64,000 nt of DNA. Origin: Candidatus Scatovivens sp. GTDB taxonomy: Bacteria > Bacillota > Clostridia > TANB77 > CAG-508. Below are positions 19,243 through 29,956 of this stretch, piece after piece; the first letter of the stretch is position 1; each line of letters begins with the position of its first letter. Location: assembly GCA_045646345.1 (NCBI GenBank), contig JAZRKN010000015.1, forward strand, positions 192,001-256,000. The letters are read 5' to 3'. The notes under the pieces were generated by a model, which had not been told where the DNA came from, ran no database searches, and saw only the letters and a list, made by a program, of their open reading frames with translations. The translations under genes and the position numbers were made by a program.

Positions 19243-19854
19243 TTATTTTTGTGTCGCTTTATTTTTTCCAAATATTGCAAATATTTTTTCTTTTAATTTT
19301 TCAAAAAATGATTTTGGAGTATTATCACTATTTGTTGGTAAATTATTTGTTTGAGAACCGCTTTGTGATGTTTCTTCATTAATAACATCAGTATAATCTT
19401 GAATATCCTCATTTTGAACTGCATATTGAGAATATCTTTGAACCGCTCTTGGTTTTGTAAAATCTTCTTTTTCTAAATCTTCTTCTGATTTTACAACTGT
19501 TGCAGATGCATTATCAAATAATTTTTCCACACTATATTTTTCACGCATTTGTTCATCTAATTTTTCTTGATTACGAAGCATTCTTCCATAAAGTTCTTTT
19601 TTTCTTTCTTCATCTTCACACCAATATTTTAAATGTAATAATGCAATTATTTCCAAAGCATATCTTTGTAACCCTTGTTTTTGTAAAGGTACATATGGAT
19701 TTACTTTCACTTCATATGTTGGGTCTTTGTAAGATTCAAAAAAATCCAACATTTTTTTTGGTACTTTTTCTACATATTTAGAATTCATATGTTTAATTAT
19801 ATAATCTACTTCTGCATATGCTCGTATATCATCTAATGTAATTACAACACTCAT
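19243..19854 (-). CDS. Hypothetical protein
   Basis: GGAGG RBS, host-like codon use, 203 aa. Confidence 0.75.
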   Translation of the reverse strand: MSVVITLDDIRAYAEVDYIIKHMNSKYVEKVPKKMLDFFESYKDPTYEVKVNPYVPLQKQGLQRYALEIIALLHLKYWCEDEERKKELYGRMLRNQEKLDEQMREKYSVEKLFDNASATVVKSEEDLEKEDFTKPRAVQRYSQYAVQNEDIQDYTDVINEETSQSGSQTNNLPTNSDNTPKSFFEKLKEKIFAIFGKNKATQK

Positions 19855-19883
19855 TTGTAATCCTCCAAAATCTTTAGTATTTA

Positions 19884-20324
19884 TTATCTTTCTACATTAT
19901 CTTTATTTGCTTCTATTCCAATCTCAGCTTTTCCGTTTTCTAAAACTTCGTTTACAATTTGTTCTGCTGTTCTAGAGTCTTTTTCTAATGCTTTTTGTTG
20001 TTCAGTAACTTTTTGACCTGCTTCTATCGTTGCATTTAGATTAGTAGATTCTGCATTTTCAAGAGATGCATCTAAAAGAGCTGCTTCATCTTTTGAACTC
20101 ACAACAGTTTCTGCTGAATATTTAGCAACTAATATAAGTCTTTCTGTTACAGACTCCATTTTTTCTTCGCCAATCCATCCTGCAAATGTATATGTCATCA
20201 TATTTGTTGGTTCTTTTGTTGGAGTTTGTCCTTTATATTCAACTTTATCTCCACTATTAACCATTTGTCTATCTAATACAGTTGTCTTATCATCATCTAA
20301 AAAAATTACTTCGTATTGTTCCAA
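19884..20324 (-). CDS. Hypothetical protein with Listeria/Bacteroides-repeat-like N-terminal domain
   Basis: GAGGAGG RBS before TTG 20324; YEVIFLDDD...TPTKEP...YTFAGW...AKY. Confidence 0.6.
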   Translation of the reverse strand: MEQYEVIFLDDDKTTVLDRQMVNSGDKVEYKGQTPTKEPTNMMTYTFAGWIGEEKMESVTERLILVAKYSAETVVSSKDEAALLDASLENAESTNLNATIEAGQKVTEQQKALEKDSRTAEQIVNEVLENGKAEIGIEANKDNVER

Positions 20325-20556
20325 CTCTAGTACCTCCTCTTTTTCATCCTTCGTAGTTTTAGTCATATTAATTATATTCTTAATTTTTTTATTTTGCAAT
20401 ACTTTTTATAATACATTTTGAATACAAAATATCAGCAAAAAAACCTTACAGACATGTGATTAATCGAAAAAATAAAATTCAAAAATTCAAACAAAAAAGA
20501 TACGATTTTCATCGTATCTTTTTTATATGAATTCATATATTATTTATATATAATTC

Positions 20557-20835
20557 TTATTTTTTATTTACTAAATCTTTTAATGCTTTTCCAGCTTTGA
20601 ATACTGGAGCTTTTGATGCTGGTATTTTGATTTCTTCTTTAGTTTGTGGGTTTTTTCCTTTTCTAGCAGCTCTTTTTCTTACTTCAAAAGATCCAAATCC
20701 AACTAATTGAACTTTGTCACCTTTTTCTAAAGATTCTGTTACTGTGCTAACAAAAGCGTTTACAAATTCTTCTGCAGCTTTTTTTGTGTTTCCTGTTTTT
20801 GCAGCGATTGCTGCGATTAATTCAGCTTTGTTCAT
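20557..20835 (-). CDS. hup: DNA-binding protein HU
   Basis: MNKAELI...[24 protein letters not shown]...[11 protein letters not shown]. Confidence 0.98.
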   Translation of the reverse strand: MNKAELIAAIAAKTGNTKKAAEEFVNAFVSTVTESLEKGDKVQLVGFGSFEVRKRAARKGKNPQTKEEIKIPASKAPVFKAGKALKDLVNKK

Positions 20836-20904
20836 TTTAAAATTACCTCCTAATAGATTTTAGTATTATGTAGAAATCATATTTTTTTGTTCTACAATAT
20901 TTTT

Positions 20905-20931
20905 ATTCGCCAAAATCTGCTTAAATCCTTC
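20905..20931 (-). promoter_or_regulatory. SigH-type promoter of HU gene
   Basis: GAAGGATTT-N11-GGCGAAT. Confidence 0.65.
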
Positions 20932-20992
20932 TTTTTTTTTATTTTTTTTTGAATTTTTCCTTATTTTTCAAGTTTTTCACGTCTCTCACCTT

Positions 20993-22564
20993 CTAAAACC
21001 CTGTATTTTCAAGGGTTTCAGAAAAGTCATTTTTTTGTATCATTTTCATAACAAAAAGCCCCAATACGTAGATTATTACTGCAATTGAGATAGAAATTAC
21101 ACCAGAAATTCTAAAATTAAAATTATATTTTATTAAAATTATACATATCATTTTTGAAATAATTATCATAACTATACTTAAAAAAATTGGTTTAAAAATT
21201 AATATTAATATATTCCTTTTTAATAAAATGGTTTTATTTAATTCTCTATATACTATTATAAATGATATGCAACTTGAAATTATATTTCCAATAATCGCCC
21301 CTTTTTCATAAACACCACAAATTGGAATTAATAATATATTAGAAAAAACTTTTGCAATTACACCAATAAATGAAGCATACATTGGTATATTATTTTTTCC
21401 TAATCCTTGAAGAATTGAATTAATTGTTTGAGTCAGCATTGAAAATACTATACCAATAGAAGAAATTTGTAATAATATATCTCCTTCATTTGCTTTTGGA
21501 AATAATATAGTTAAAATTTCTTTGGAAAAAAATAAAACCCCAAATGTATATGGAATAGAAATTATTAATGTTATTAAAATTGAAAATTCAATTTTTTTAT
21601 AAATTGCATCAATGTCATTTCTACTTTTATTTTTTGCTATTTCTGGAATTAAAGCAGTTGCAACAGATGCATTAAAACTAAGTGGCATTGCTATTAATAT
21701 GTCTATTTTAGAACTAATTATTCCATATTTTTTTATTGCTAGTTTTTCACCTATTTTATTTTTTAGAAATCTCACAATAGTAACTGAATCCACATTTTTT
21801 CCTAAAGAAGTTAAAATTGAATTTAATGTCATTGGTAAAGAAATATTTATAATATTTATTATAGATTTTTTTATATTTTCTTTTTTATATTTATAACCTA
21901 TTTTTTGTTTTTTTGTATCTTTTAAATATTTTATATATATATGAATAAAACTAAAAAAAGTTGCAAAAGTTGTAGCAAGATTTGCAGCTGCAGCCATAAT
22001 TTCTGTATTATTATTTGAAAATCTAGATGTAATCTCAACAAAACTAATTGTAAAAACAGCTTTAAAAATCTGCTCTAAAAATTGATTTTTAGCTGTTACT
22101 TTTATTTTTCCAGTACCATTAAAATATCCTTTAAATACAGAATTTACCGAAACAAAAAACACGGCTGGTGATAACACATTTAAGCTTAGCATGGCTTTGG
22201 GAATTTCTAAAATTTCATGAGAAATAAATTTTGAAAACATAAATAAAACGATACTTCCACTCACTCCAATACACGCAAACAAAAATACTGAAAGTTTAAA
22301 AATTCTATTAGAATTACTATAATCTTTTATCGAATTTTTCTCGGAAATTAATTTAGAAATTGCATTCGGAACACCTATTGAAGAAACTGTAAGTAAAAGT
22401 GCATAAATTTGATATCCACTCATATAAATTGCATTCCCATCATCTCCAAATCCTGATTTATTTGTCATATAAATGCTATACATTACACCAAATATTTTTA
22501 TTAATATTTGAGAAATTACTAAAGATAATATGCCACTTGTAAAATCATTTAATTTCTTTTTCAA
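20993..22564 (-). CDS. MOP flippase, SpoVB/MurJ(YtgP)-like
   Basis: Multi-TM; SIGVPNAISKLISE, KGYFNG, NSILQGLG. Confidence 0.85.
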   Translation of the reverse strand: MKKKLNDFTSGILSLVISQILIKIFGVMYSIYMTNKSGFGDDGNAIYMSGYQIYALLLTVSSIGVPNAISKLISEKNSIKDYSNSNRIFKLSVFLFACIGVSGSIVLFMFSKFISHEILEIPKAMLSLNVLSPAVFFVSVNSVFKGYFNGTGKIKVTAKNQFLEQIFKAVFTISFVEITSRFSNNNTEIMAAAANLATTFATFFSFIHIYIKYLKDTKKQKIGYKYKKENIKKSIINIINISLPMTLNSILTSLGKNVDSVTIVRFLKNKIGEKLAIKKYGIISSKIDILIAMPLSFNASVATALIPEIAKNKSRNDIDAIYKKIEFSILITLIISIPYTFGVLFFSKEILTILFPKANEGDILLQISSIGIVFSMLTQTINSILQGLGKNNIPMYASFIGVIAKVFSNILLIPICGVYEKGAIIGNIISSCISFIIVYRELNKTILLKRNILILIFKPIFLSIVMIIISKMICIILIKYNFNFRISGVISISIAVIIYVLGLFVMKMIQKNDFSETLENTGF

Positions 22565-22729
22565 ACCCTAATACTCCTTTTATATAAATTGTATTATTTG
22601 TTTTTTTATATTATTCATCATTGGAAATATTATTTTTTCTTACGGAAATCCCGTTTTTTTGCCAAAAAAGCTTGATTTTTTTCCATTTTTGTAAGATAAT
22701 ATATATGTGTATATTTATGAGAAAAGGAA

Positions 22730-25099
22730 ATGTTAGTTATGATATTAAAATACATAGATAAATTTTTAAAGAAATTAAAAACAGATAGAAATACATTTTT
22801 AACTTATTTACTTACAATGTTTTCTATCTATATAGTAATTGATAGAATAGTTGAAATTTTATTAATAATGTTTACAGGGTTATCGGTTGATTATTGGGGA
22901 CCAATAAAATATACCTTCGCTTTAGCATGCCCTGTTTTTGCATTTTATTTTTCACCATCATCAAAATTCGCATCAGATAAGTATACAAAAACATATTTCT
23001 TCTATACATATGCAGTTGTATTATATATCGTAGCGATGTCAATGTTGGTACAATGGATTAACCAAGCTGGATGGCTTTTATTATTCTCTGTTCCAAACTA
23101 CTCTTATATCATAACAACATTTATGGATTTAATAAAACCTGCATTCTCAGCATTTGGTTGGTACATTCCAGTATGTACATTCTTCCCATTATTCAAATGG
23201 TTATATACAACTGTAGACGATACATTATATATCAAAGAATCTATATGGGATTATAAAGGAATTGACTTATCAGACAAATCAGTTGGTATGGGACCATTTA
23301 CTTGTGAAATGTTCCTATGTAAAGATAGAGAAACAGGAAAATCAGTAAAAACACCTGAAGCTAGAAGATTTGAATCTACATTAGTAGTCGGAGTTTCTGG
23401 TTCTGGTAAAACATCAATGGTTTATGAACCAATGATTGCTAGAGATATAGAGAAAAAACACTTCTTTAAAGAACAAGCAAAAGAATTAGGATATACAGCT
23501 TTAAAAACAAATATTGCTACATTAAATTGTCCATACTCAAATGATTATATTAATGAAAACTTCTCATTAAATATGATTACTCCAGTAGCAAATAAAGAAA
23601 AAATATTTAAAGCATTTTTCGATAAATTAATTTACGAATATAATGGCGAAAAAACAATTTATAAAAACTTAGGTATTACATACATGGCTCCAGATTATGA
23701 ATCAATTTCTCATATTAAAGATGTTGCTTCAAACTTTGGAATGCACTATAACATTATAGATCCAAGTGATAATGAATCAATAGGATTAAACCCATTTACA
23801 TATGAAGATCCACTAAAAACATCTATTGCTATATCTTCTATTCTAAAAAGAATGTATGCAACAGAATCAGTACACAATGGTGGAACACATGATGAAGCAT
23901 TTATGCAAAACATTGTAACTCAAGCTATTGAAAACTTAGTTTTAATGTTAAAAGAAGTTTATCCAAGATTACACGAAGGTCTACTACCAAACTTAGAAGA
24001 CTTATTAGATTTATTAAATGACTTTGATTTAATTGAGCAAATGGCAGAACAAATGAAAACATTCCCTGACTTAGCTCAAGCATATAAAATACAATTAGGA
24101 TACTTTAAGAAAACATTCTATAAAGATGCACACAACAGAGCTGAAACAGAAAAATATTTACAAGCATCTGCTGCTCAACTTGAAAACTTATTAAGATATC
24201 CTGGAATTAGAACAATTTTATGTAATAGAACAAATAACTTAAATTATGATAAAGCATTAGCAAACGGAGATATCACTCTTGTTTGTACACGTCGTGGAGA
24301 TTTAGGTGCAAGTATTCATAAAGCATTCGGTCTATTCTTTATATTATTAATGCAACAATCAGTTTTATCTAGACCTGGAAATGAGAAAAATAGAATACCT
24401 CACTTCTTATATATTGATGAGTTCCCTCCTTTCGTATGTAAAGCAACTGAAGACATCTTCACTTTATATAGAAAATACAGAGTTGGAACAATAATCTCTG
24501 CACAAAACTTATCACAATTTGGAAATAAAGGTGATCAAAACTATAGACAAACAATCTTAGCTAACTGTACTACAAAAATTATCTTTGGTAACAACACTCC
24601 AGAAGATAACGAATGGTGGGAAAAAGAACTTGGAGATAAGAGACGTTGGATGTTCACCCATGATTATAAAACAGATAAAGGTGAATACGATTCTACATAT
24701 AAAGGAATCAAATGGCAATGGATTTCTAACTACAAGGCTGGTAAGGTTCAATCATTAAAATTCAAATACATTATTTACAAAACTAAAGATTTAAAAGGAG
24801 CAAACTTAGTTGGTCAAGCAAAAATTGACTTCCTAGAAACAAGATATAAAGAAAAACAAAAAATTAAAACATTTAACTTTAGCAAATTTGCAAATAGTGG
24901 AATTACAACAGCATCAAAAGATGATGAAAAAGCAGCAAAATCAAAATTTGATTTAAAAAATATAAACTTCAATAGTAATCCAAACAATCCAAATGATATG
25001 GACCCTATTCAAACAAACACATCAGATTTAAATTATACATTTGATAATGAAAATGCAATAACATCATTTAATGGTGGAAATAATAACAATAATAATTAA
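22730..25099 (+). CDS. VirD4/TraG/TraD-type coupling ATPase with N-terminal TM helices
   Basis: Walker A GVSGSGKT, GLNPF, Walker B LYIDEF, RKY, AQNLSQ, ILANCTTKIIFG. Confidence 0.85.
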   Translation: MLVMILKYIDKFLKKLKTDRNTFLTYLLTMFSIYIVIDRIVEILLIMFTGLSVDYWGPIKYTFALACPVFAFYFSPSSKFASDKYTKTYFFYTYAVVLYIVAMSMLVQWINQAGWLLLFSVPNYSYIITTFMDLIKPAFSAFGWYIPVCTFFPLFKWLYTTVDDTLYIKESIWDYKGIDLSDKSVGMGPFTCEMFLCKDRETGKSVKTPEARRFESTLVVGVSGSGKTSMVYEPMIARDIEKKHFFKEQAKELGYTALKTNIATLNCPYSNDYINENFSLNMITPVANKEKIFKAFFDKLIYEYNGEKTIYKNLGITYMAPDYESISHIKDVASNFGMHYNIIDPSDNESIGLNPFTYEDPLKTSIAISSILKRMYATESVHNGGTHDEAFMQNIVTQAIENLVLMLKEVYPRLHEGLLPNLEDLLDLLNDFDLIEQMAEQMKTFPDLAQAYKIQLGYFKKTFYKDAHNRAETEKYLQASAAQLENLLRYPGIRTILCNRTNNLNYDKALANGDITLVCTRRGDLGASIHKAFGLFFILLMQQSVLSRPGNEKNRIPHFLYIDEFPPFVCKATEDIFTLYRKYRVGTIISAQNLSQFGNKGDQNYRQTILANCTTKIIFGNNTPEDNEWWEKELGDKRRWMFTHDYKTDKGEYDSTYKGIKWQWISNYKAGKVQSLKFKYIIYKTKDLKGANLVGQAKIDFLETRYKEKQKIKTFNFSKFANSGITTASKDDEKAAKSKFDLKNINFNSNPNNPNDMDPIQTNTSDLNYTFDNENAITSFNGGNNNNNN

Positions 25100-25103
25100 T
25101 ATA

Positions 25104-25138
25104 AAAAAAGCCTCACCTTTTGGGTGAGACTTTTTTTG
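25104..25138. terminator. Bidirectional terminator
   Basis: A-tract, CTCACC-TTTTG-GGTGAG, T-tract. Confidence 0.75.
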
Positions 25139-25139
25139 T

Positions 25140-25604
25140 TTACTTGGAATTCAATTCATCACAGATTTGGAAATACTTCTCTTTTGCCACACGGTGTTCC
25201 ATATAGTCAGCTCTTTCCTTATACTCGAACACAGGAAGAGTTTCGTCAGACCAAGGAAGTTTGGTAATAGCATAAACCGGCCCGGTAACGCCCAAAGAAC
25301 CATATGTCTCTTCCCTAACAGTAACGAGACCATATTCCTCTGTTAAACGTTCCATGATTTTATTTCTGTCAGATATATTAGTGTAACAGGTTGCAACACG
25401 AATATATCCCAAAGGGGTATAAATGCGACTAGGTAAACCGTAGTAGATCTCTAAGCCAATACCTCCATTTTCTACAATTTGATTGTAAAATGTATTTATC
25501 GACTCAGTATTCTCCCAGACCTGAGTTCCCATTTCTTTAATCGTATTGCAAATACCATCCCGGACTTTGAAAATGTTTTCCCAGTATGCAATATTGATTT
25601 CCAT
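25140..25604 (-). CDS. Hypothetical protein (GC-richer cassette)
   Basis: GGAGG RBS, own promoter (TTGAAA...TATAAT), codon use unlike neighbours. Confidence 0.7.
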   Translation of the reverse strand: MEINIAYWENIFKVRDGICNTIKEMGTQVWENTESINTFYNQIVENGGIGLEIYYGLPSRIYTPLGYIRVATCYTNISDRNKIMERLTEEYGLVTVREETYGSLGVTGPVYAITKLPWSDETLPVFEYKERADYMEHRVAKEKYFQICDELNSK

Positions 25605-25771
25605 TTTTTTCATCCTCCAAAATTAATTTTAATATATGATTATAGCTAGTTGAAAACGCGAAGATTTTTTATGCCTGATACTTTATTATAACATATTTCA
25701 AGCATTTTTTCAAATCGACTTAATTTAACGCAAAAAAGAGCGATTTTATTATCGCTCTTCTCCATTTTCTT

Positions 25772-26707
25772 TTATTCTAATATTTTAAATTCTACGTTTT
25801 TAGCTGAGAATTTTCCTGTTTCTTCATTCTTAACAAATTCAGTTAAAGATTTTTCTAAACTTTCAGAATTTTGTTTTAAATCTGTTGTATAGTAAACTTT
25901 AATTCCATTTAATTCTAAATTGTTTTTAACAATCTCTTTAAATGTTTCAACCATATGTTTATCATCTTCACAAACAAGAATTAATTGTGGTCTAGCTTCA
26001 TATCCAGAATCGAATGGTACAAAGTTTTCTAAGAAATCTTTATATAATCTCATTCTATCAACAAATTTTGCTTCCCAATCATCTTCTCTTCTTACAGCTT
26101 CAAATAATAAGCATAATGATTTTCCAGCTTTAGCTATTTTAACTTCTCCGTGACCTTTAAATGTTTTTCCTGTCATTTTTGCTGTTATAGCAGGTTTAAC
26201 TTTAAATCCATCAAAGTTTTTAGATTTTCTCATATATGCAACTATGATTTGGTTACCAGCTAATCTCTTTTTCATTAAAGCTACTGGTTTTGTATTGTCT
26301 GTTGGTTGCCATTTACATTCAACTTCTTTTGAGTTTAGTAAATATTTACCCATTTTTTCCATACAATATACTCTATAAATTCCTTTACCTTCTTCTGAAG
26401 TAAAGTAGTATCTTGTTAATATTTTTGTTTTTACTAATTGATCTAATTTTGTATTTAATTTATCTTGAGATTTAATGTCATCACCTTTATGTTTTAGCAT
26501 TTGATAAATTTGTCTTGATGTTAAAAATTCGAATTCATTTACTAAATCTAGTATTTTGAAATGTACATCTGATATATGGCCTAGGTTAATTTTATGGATA
26601 ATTTGATTTATAGACACATATCCATCCTTTCCATCAAATGTCTTTATTTCTCCCTCTCTAATAGCGAATGGAGAAACGGTAGTTTTAATTTCTTGATCTT
26701 CTACCAT
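25772..26707 (-). CDS. Replication-relaxation (Replic_Relax)-like protein, wHTH plus degenerate nuclease fold
   Basis: KILDLVNEFEFLTSRQI...KLDQLVKTKILTR...VYCMEKMGKYLL, then LLFEAVR...RMRLY...PQLILVCED...YTTD. Confidence 0.65.
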   Translation of the reverse strand: MVEDQEIKTTVSPFAIREGEIKTFDGKDGYVSINQIIHKINLGHISDVHFKILDLVNEFEFLTSRQIYQMLKHKGDDIKSQDKLNTKLDQLVKTKILTRYYFTSEEGKGIYRVYCMEKMGKYLLNSKEVECKWQPTDNTKPVALMKKRLAGNQIIVAYMRKSKNFDGFKVKPAITAKMTGKTFKGHGEVKIAKAGKSLCLLFEAVRREDDWEAKFVDRMRLYKDFLENFVPFDSGYEARPQLILVCEDDKHMVETFKEIVKNNLELNGIKVYYTTDLKQNSESLEKSLTEFVKNEETGKFSAKNVEFKILE

Positions 26708-26722
26708 TTTTACAAACCCTCC

Positions 26723-27527
26723 TTAAATGATTAAAAGTTTAATCTTTTTTCTTTCTTTTATTATTTTTTTTATATAAACATTTACTTTCTGACCGTACTC
26801 AACACCTTCTTTGTATTCAGCAAGACCAACCAGATTAGGTTTTAGTTCAATAAAAATTCCGTTTTTGAATTTATCTGTTTCTTTTACAATGCCTTCAACA
26901 ACAGTCTTTTCAGTGTACTCTTTTACATTTTCATCCCAATCCCCAAGTAACTCTTTATACGACAACACAATTTTGTTGTTATCTTTGTCAATTGATTTTA
27001 TCATAACATTAATTTTTTGTCCAATAGAAAATCTTTCTTCTGGAGATTTTATTCTTGAAACTGAAATATCTTCTATATGAAGTAATCCTACAACTCCTCC
27101 ACCTATTTCAACAAAGGCTCCAAATTTCCTCATATTTTTAACAATTCCGATTAACAATACTTCCAGGTTTTAATTCTTCTTTTGCCCATACAAGAGCTTC
27201 TTCTTGAACATTTTTTCTAGACAAAAGAACATTTTCATCATCATAGATTTCCTTAATCTTAAATTGAACAAATTGATTAACTTTATTTTTGCAAATATTG
27301 GTACTACAAAAACCAAAGTCGTCTACATTTATTCCTTCTAATTCATTTCTAGGAATAATACCTTTAATATTATTTCCTAGGTTCAAATGTAAATTATAAT
27401 TTGAATCACATTCATTTACATATCCTTGTAAAACTTTACCTGTTTCAAAAGCATTTTGAATAAACGATGTATTCAAACTTTCTTTGGTTTCATCCCAACC
27501 TTCTGGAATAAATTTTTGATATTCCAT
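26723..27527 (-). CDS. Multi-S1-domain RNA-binding protein interrupted by a +1 frameshift at 27149
   Basis: 27138..27527 ends LKPGSIVN-R-N-C-stop; skipping one base gives GIVKNMRKFGAFVEIGGG, restoring a complete S1 domain. Confidence 0.8.
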
Positions 27528-27556
27528 AAATTTCTCCTCTTTTGTGTTTTTTATAC

Positions 27557-28276
27557 TTATCTTAAAATGTCTTCAACTTCTTTTTTAGTCATATATCTCC
27601 AGGTACCTAATTTTAAATCTTTAACCCCAAGATTTCCAATTTTTGCTCTATGAAGCGCTAATACCTTTTTACCTATAGCCTCACACATTTTTCTTACTTG
27701 GCGATTTTTACCTTCATGAATTGTTATTTCAACTCTAGAAATATTTTTCTCTTCATCTATTTTCATTATTCTAGCTTTAGCAGGTTTTGTTATATATCCA
27801 CCGTCTATTTCAACACCTTGTCTTAATTTTTCGACATCATCATTTGAAACTTTACCTACTAAAGTAACTGTATATGTTTTATTTATTTCATGTTTTGGAT
27901 GAGTAACTTTATAAATAAAATCACCATCATCAGTTAAAATTAGCGCACCAGAAGTATACATATCCAATCTACCAACAGGAACAACTCTTGTTTTTACTTT
28001 TACTAAATCTAAAACAGTTTCTCTATCAAATTGATCTTCTGCTGTTGTTACTACTCCTATTGGTTTATTTAACAATATGTATGTAAAATCTTTTTTTACT
28101 TGTTTAACTAATGTTCCATCAAATTCAATCTTGTCAGTTTCTGGATTTATTTTATTTCCAATTTCTGCAATTCTTCCGTTTATTGTTACTCTACCTTCTT
28201 CAATAAATTCTTCACATTTTCTACGTGAAGCTATCCCACATTCTGCAAGATATTTTTGAAGTCTTATTTCTTCCAT
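27557..28276 (-). CDS. rRNA pseudouridine synthase, RsuA/RluB family
   Basis: RLQKYLAECGIASRRK S4 domain, PVGRLD, EGKNRQVRKM. Confidence 0.95.
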   Translation of the reverse strand: MEEIRLQKYLAECGIASRRKCEEFIEEGRVTINGRIAEIGNKINPETDKIEFDGTLVKQVKKDFTYILLNKPIGVVTTAEDQFDRETVLDLVKVKTRVVPVGRLDMYTSGALILTDDGDFIYKVTHPKHEINKTYTVTLVGKVSNDDVEKLRQGVEIDGGYITKPAKARIMKIDEEKNISRVEITIHEGKNRQVRKMCEAIGKKVLALHRAKIGNLGVKDLKLGTWRYMTKKEVEDILR

Positions 28277-28277
28277 A

Positions 28278-29189
28278 TTATCCTCTCAATTCTTTAAGGA
28301 CATTTTCAAAATATTCAGGTAATTTAGCTTCTAAATTCATTTGTTTTCCATTAGTTGGATGAACAAATTCTAATCTGCTACTATGAAGCATTTGTCCCTC
28401 AACTCCAAATGGATTTCTTCCATTTGAATAAACAAAATCTCCTACAATAGGATATCCTATTTGTGATAAATGTACTCTAATTTGATGAGTTCTACCTGTT
28501 TCTATATTTACTTCTAAAAGTGTAAATCCATCAAATCTTTCAAGTACTGTTATATGAGTTATTGCTTCTTTACCTTTTTTTGAAACTGCCATCTTAGTTC
28601 TATCTTTAGTACTTCTAGCTATAGGCATATTTATTGTTGCTTGATTTTCTTTAAGCACGCCTCTTACTAGAGCTATATATGTTTTCTTTACTTCATGATT
28701 TTTTATTTGCTCACTTACATTAATATGAGCAGCATCATTTTTGGCAATAATCAAAAGTCCTGAAGTATCTTTATCTATTCTGTGTACTATTCCTGGTCTT
28801 ATTTCTCCGCCTATTCCAGAAAGGCTATCTTTACATCTTGCCATAATAGCATTAACTAAAGTTCCATCTGGATTTCCATTTCCTGGATGTACAACTAAAC
28901 CTTTTTGTTTGTTTACTACTAATATATCATTATCTTCATAAACAACGTCTAAAGGAATTTCTTCAGCTTTAATTTCAACTTCCTTTGGTTCTTCTTTTAT
29001 TATTGTTACTACGTCATTTAATTTTAATTTGTATGAAGTCTTTGTTTGATTATTGTTAATTAATATATTTCCTTCATCTATCATTCTTTGAACTGCAACT
29101 CTAGATAAAGATGAATCTTTCATACTTACTGCTTTATCTAACCTTAATCCTACAAATTCTTCAGAAATTTTATATTCTTTTTTATCCAT
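28278..29189 (-). CDS. rluD: RluA/RluD family pseudouridine synthase
   Basis: RPGIVHRIDKDTSG, TGRTHQIRVH. Confidence 0.93.
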   Translation of the reverse strand: MDKKEYKISEEFVGLRLDKAVSMKDSSLSRVAVQRMIDEGNILINNNQTKTSYKLKLNDVVTIIKEEPKEVEIKAEEIPLDVVYEDNDILVVNKQKGLVVHPGNGNPDGTLVNAIMARCKDSLSGIGGEIRPGIVHRIDKDTSGLLIIAKNDAAHINVSEQIKNHEVKKTYIALVRGVLKENQATINMPIARSTKDRTKMAVSKKGKEAITHITVLERFDGFTLLEVNIETGRTHQIRVHLSQIGYPIVGDFVYSNGRNPFGVEGQMLHSSRLEFVHPTNGKQMNLEAKLPEYFENVLKELRG

Positions 29190-29198
29190 GATTTTCCC

Positions 29199-29954
29199 CT
29201 ATTTATCAAATTTTCCTTTTGTTATATCTTTTGTAAATGTGATTTTCATTAAATAAATTGGTAATACAATCATTCTTAAAAATCTTGATGGTTGAAGCAT
29301 TAATCTCCAGAACCATTCGATTCCAAGCTTTTGGAATATAACTGGAGCTCTTTTTATTTTTCCAGCTTCATAATCAAATGTTCCACCTTGTCCAGCTGCA
29401 ACATCAACTTTTAATTCATGTTTATGTTTTTCTATCCATTTTTCTTGAAGTGGAGCTCCCATAGCAACAAATAAAACATTAGGCTTTAATTTGTTGATTT
29501 CGTTAATTACTGCTTCTTCTGAATCTTGTTCAAAAAAGCCTTCATGATACCCAACAATTTTAATATTTGGATATAGCTTTTTTATATTTTCTGTTGCAAG
29601 TTCAGGAACATCATCTTTTCCACCTAAAAGATAGAAAGTCCAACCTTCTTTTTCTCCAACTTCTAAAACTTTTCTAAAATACATTTGTCCTGGTATTCTT
29701 TGTTTGAATGGTTTCTTTTGAAGTTTTCCACCAATCATAACACCAACACTATCTGGAGTTGCTAAATCTGCTCCTTTTAAAATATTATAAAACTCTTCAT
29801 CTTTTTGAGCCATCATAATAAATTCAGTATTAGGAGCTACAATTACCTTGCAACTTTTATTGCTATTTTCAATTAAATTCTTTGTTATTTCCCCTGCTTC
29901 CTCAGCATTAATATTATCAATATCAATACCTAGAATTCTAACTGTTTCTCGCAA
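29199..29954 (-). CDS. WecB/TagA/CpsF glycosyltransferase
   Basis: ADLATPDSVG, VAMGAPLQEKW, GGTFDYEAG...RAP...GIEWFWRL; TTG start after GAGGTG. Confidence 0.92.
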   Translation of the reverse strand: MRETVRILGIDIDNINAEEAGEITKNLIENSNKSCKVIVAPNTEFIMMAQKDEEFYNILKGADLATPDSVGVMIGGKLQKKPFKQRIPGQMYFRKVLEVGEKEGWTFYLLGGKDDVPELATENIKKLYPNIKIVGYHEGFFEQDSEEAVINEINKLKPNVLFVAMGAPLQEKWIEKHKHELKVDVAAGQGGTFDYEAGKIKRAPVIFQKLGIEWFWRLMLQPSRFLRMIVLPIYLMKITFTKDITKGKFDK

Positions 29955-29956
29955 AA

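Noticed and set aside
25075-25099. Poly-Asn AAT/AAC repeat at the VirD4-like C-terminus as a phase-variable tract
   Set aside because: Imperfect in-frame triplets right at the stop codon; a low-complexity tail only.
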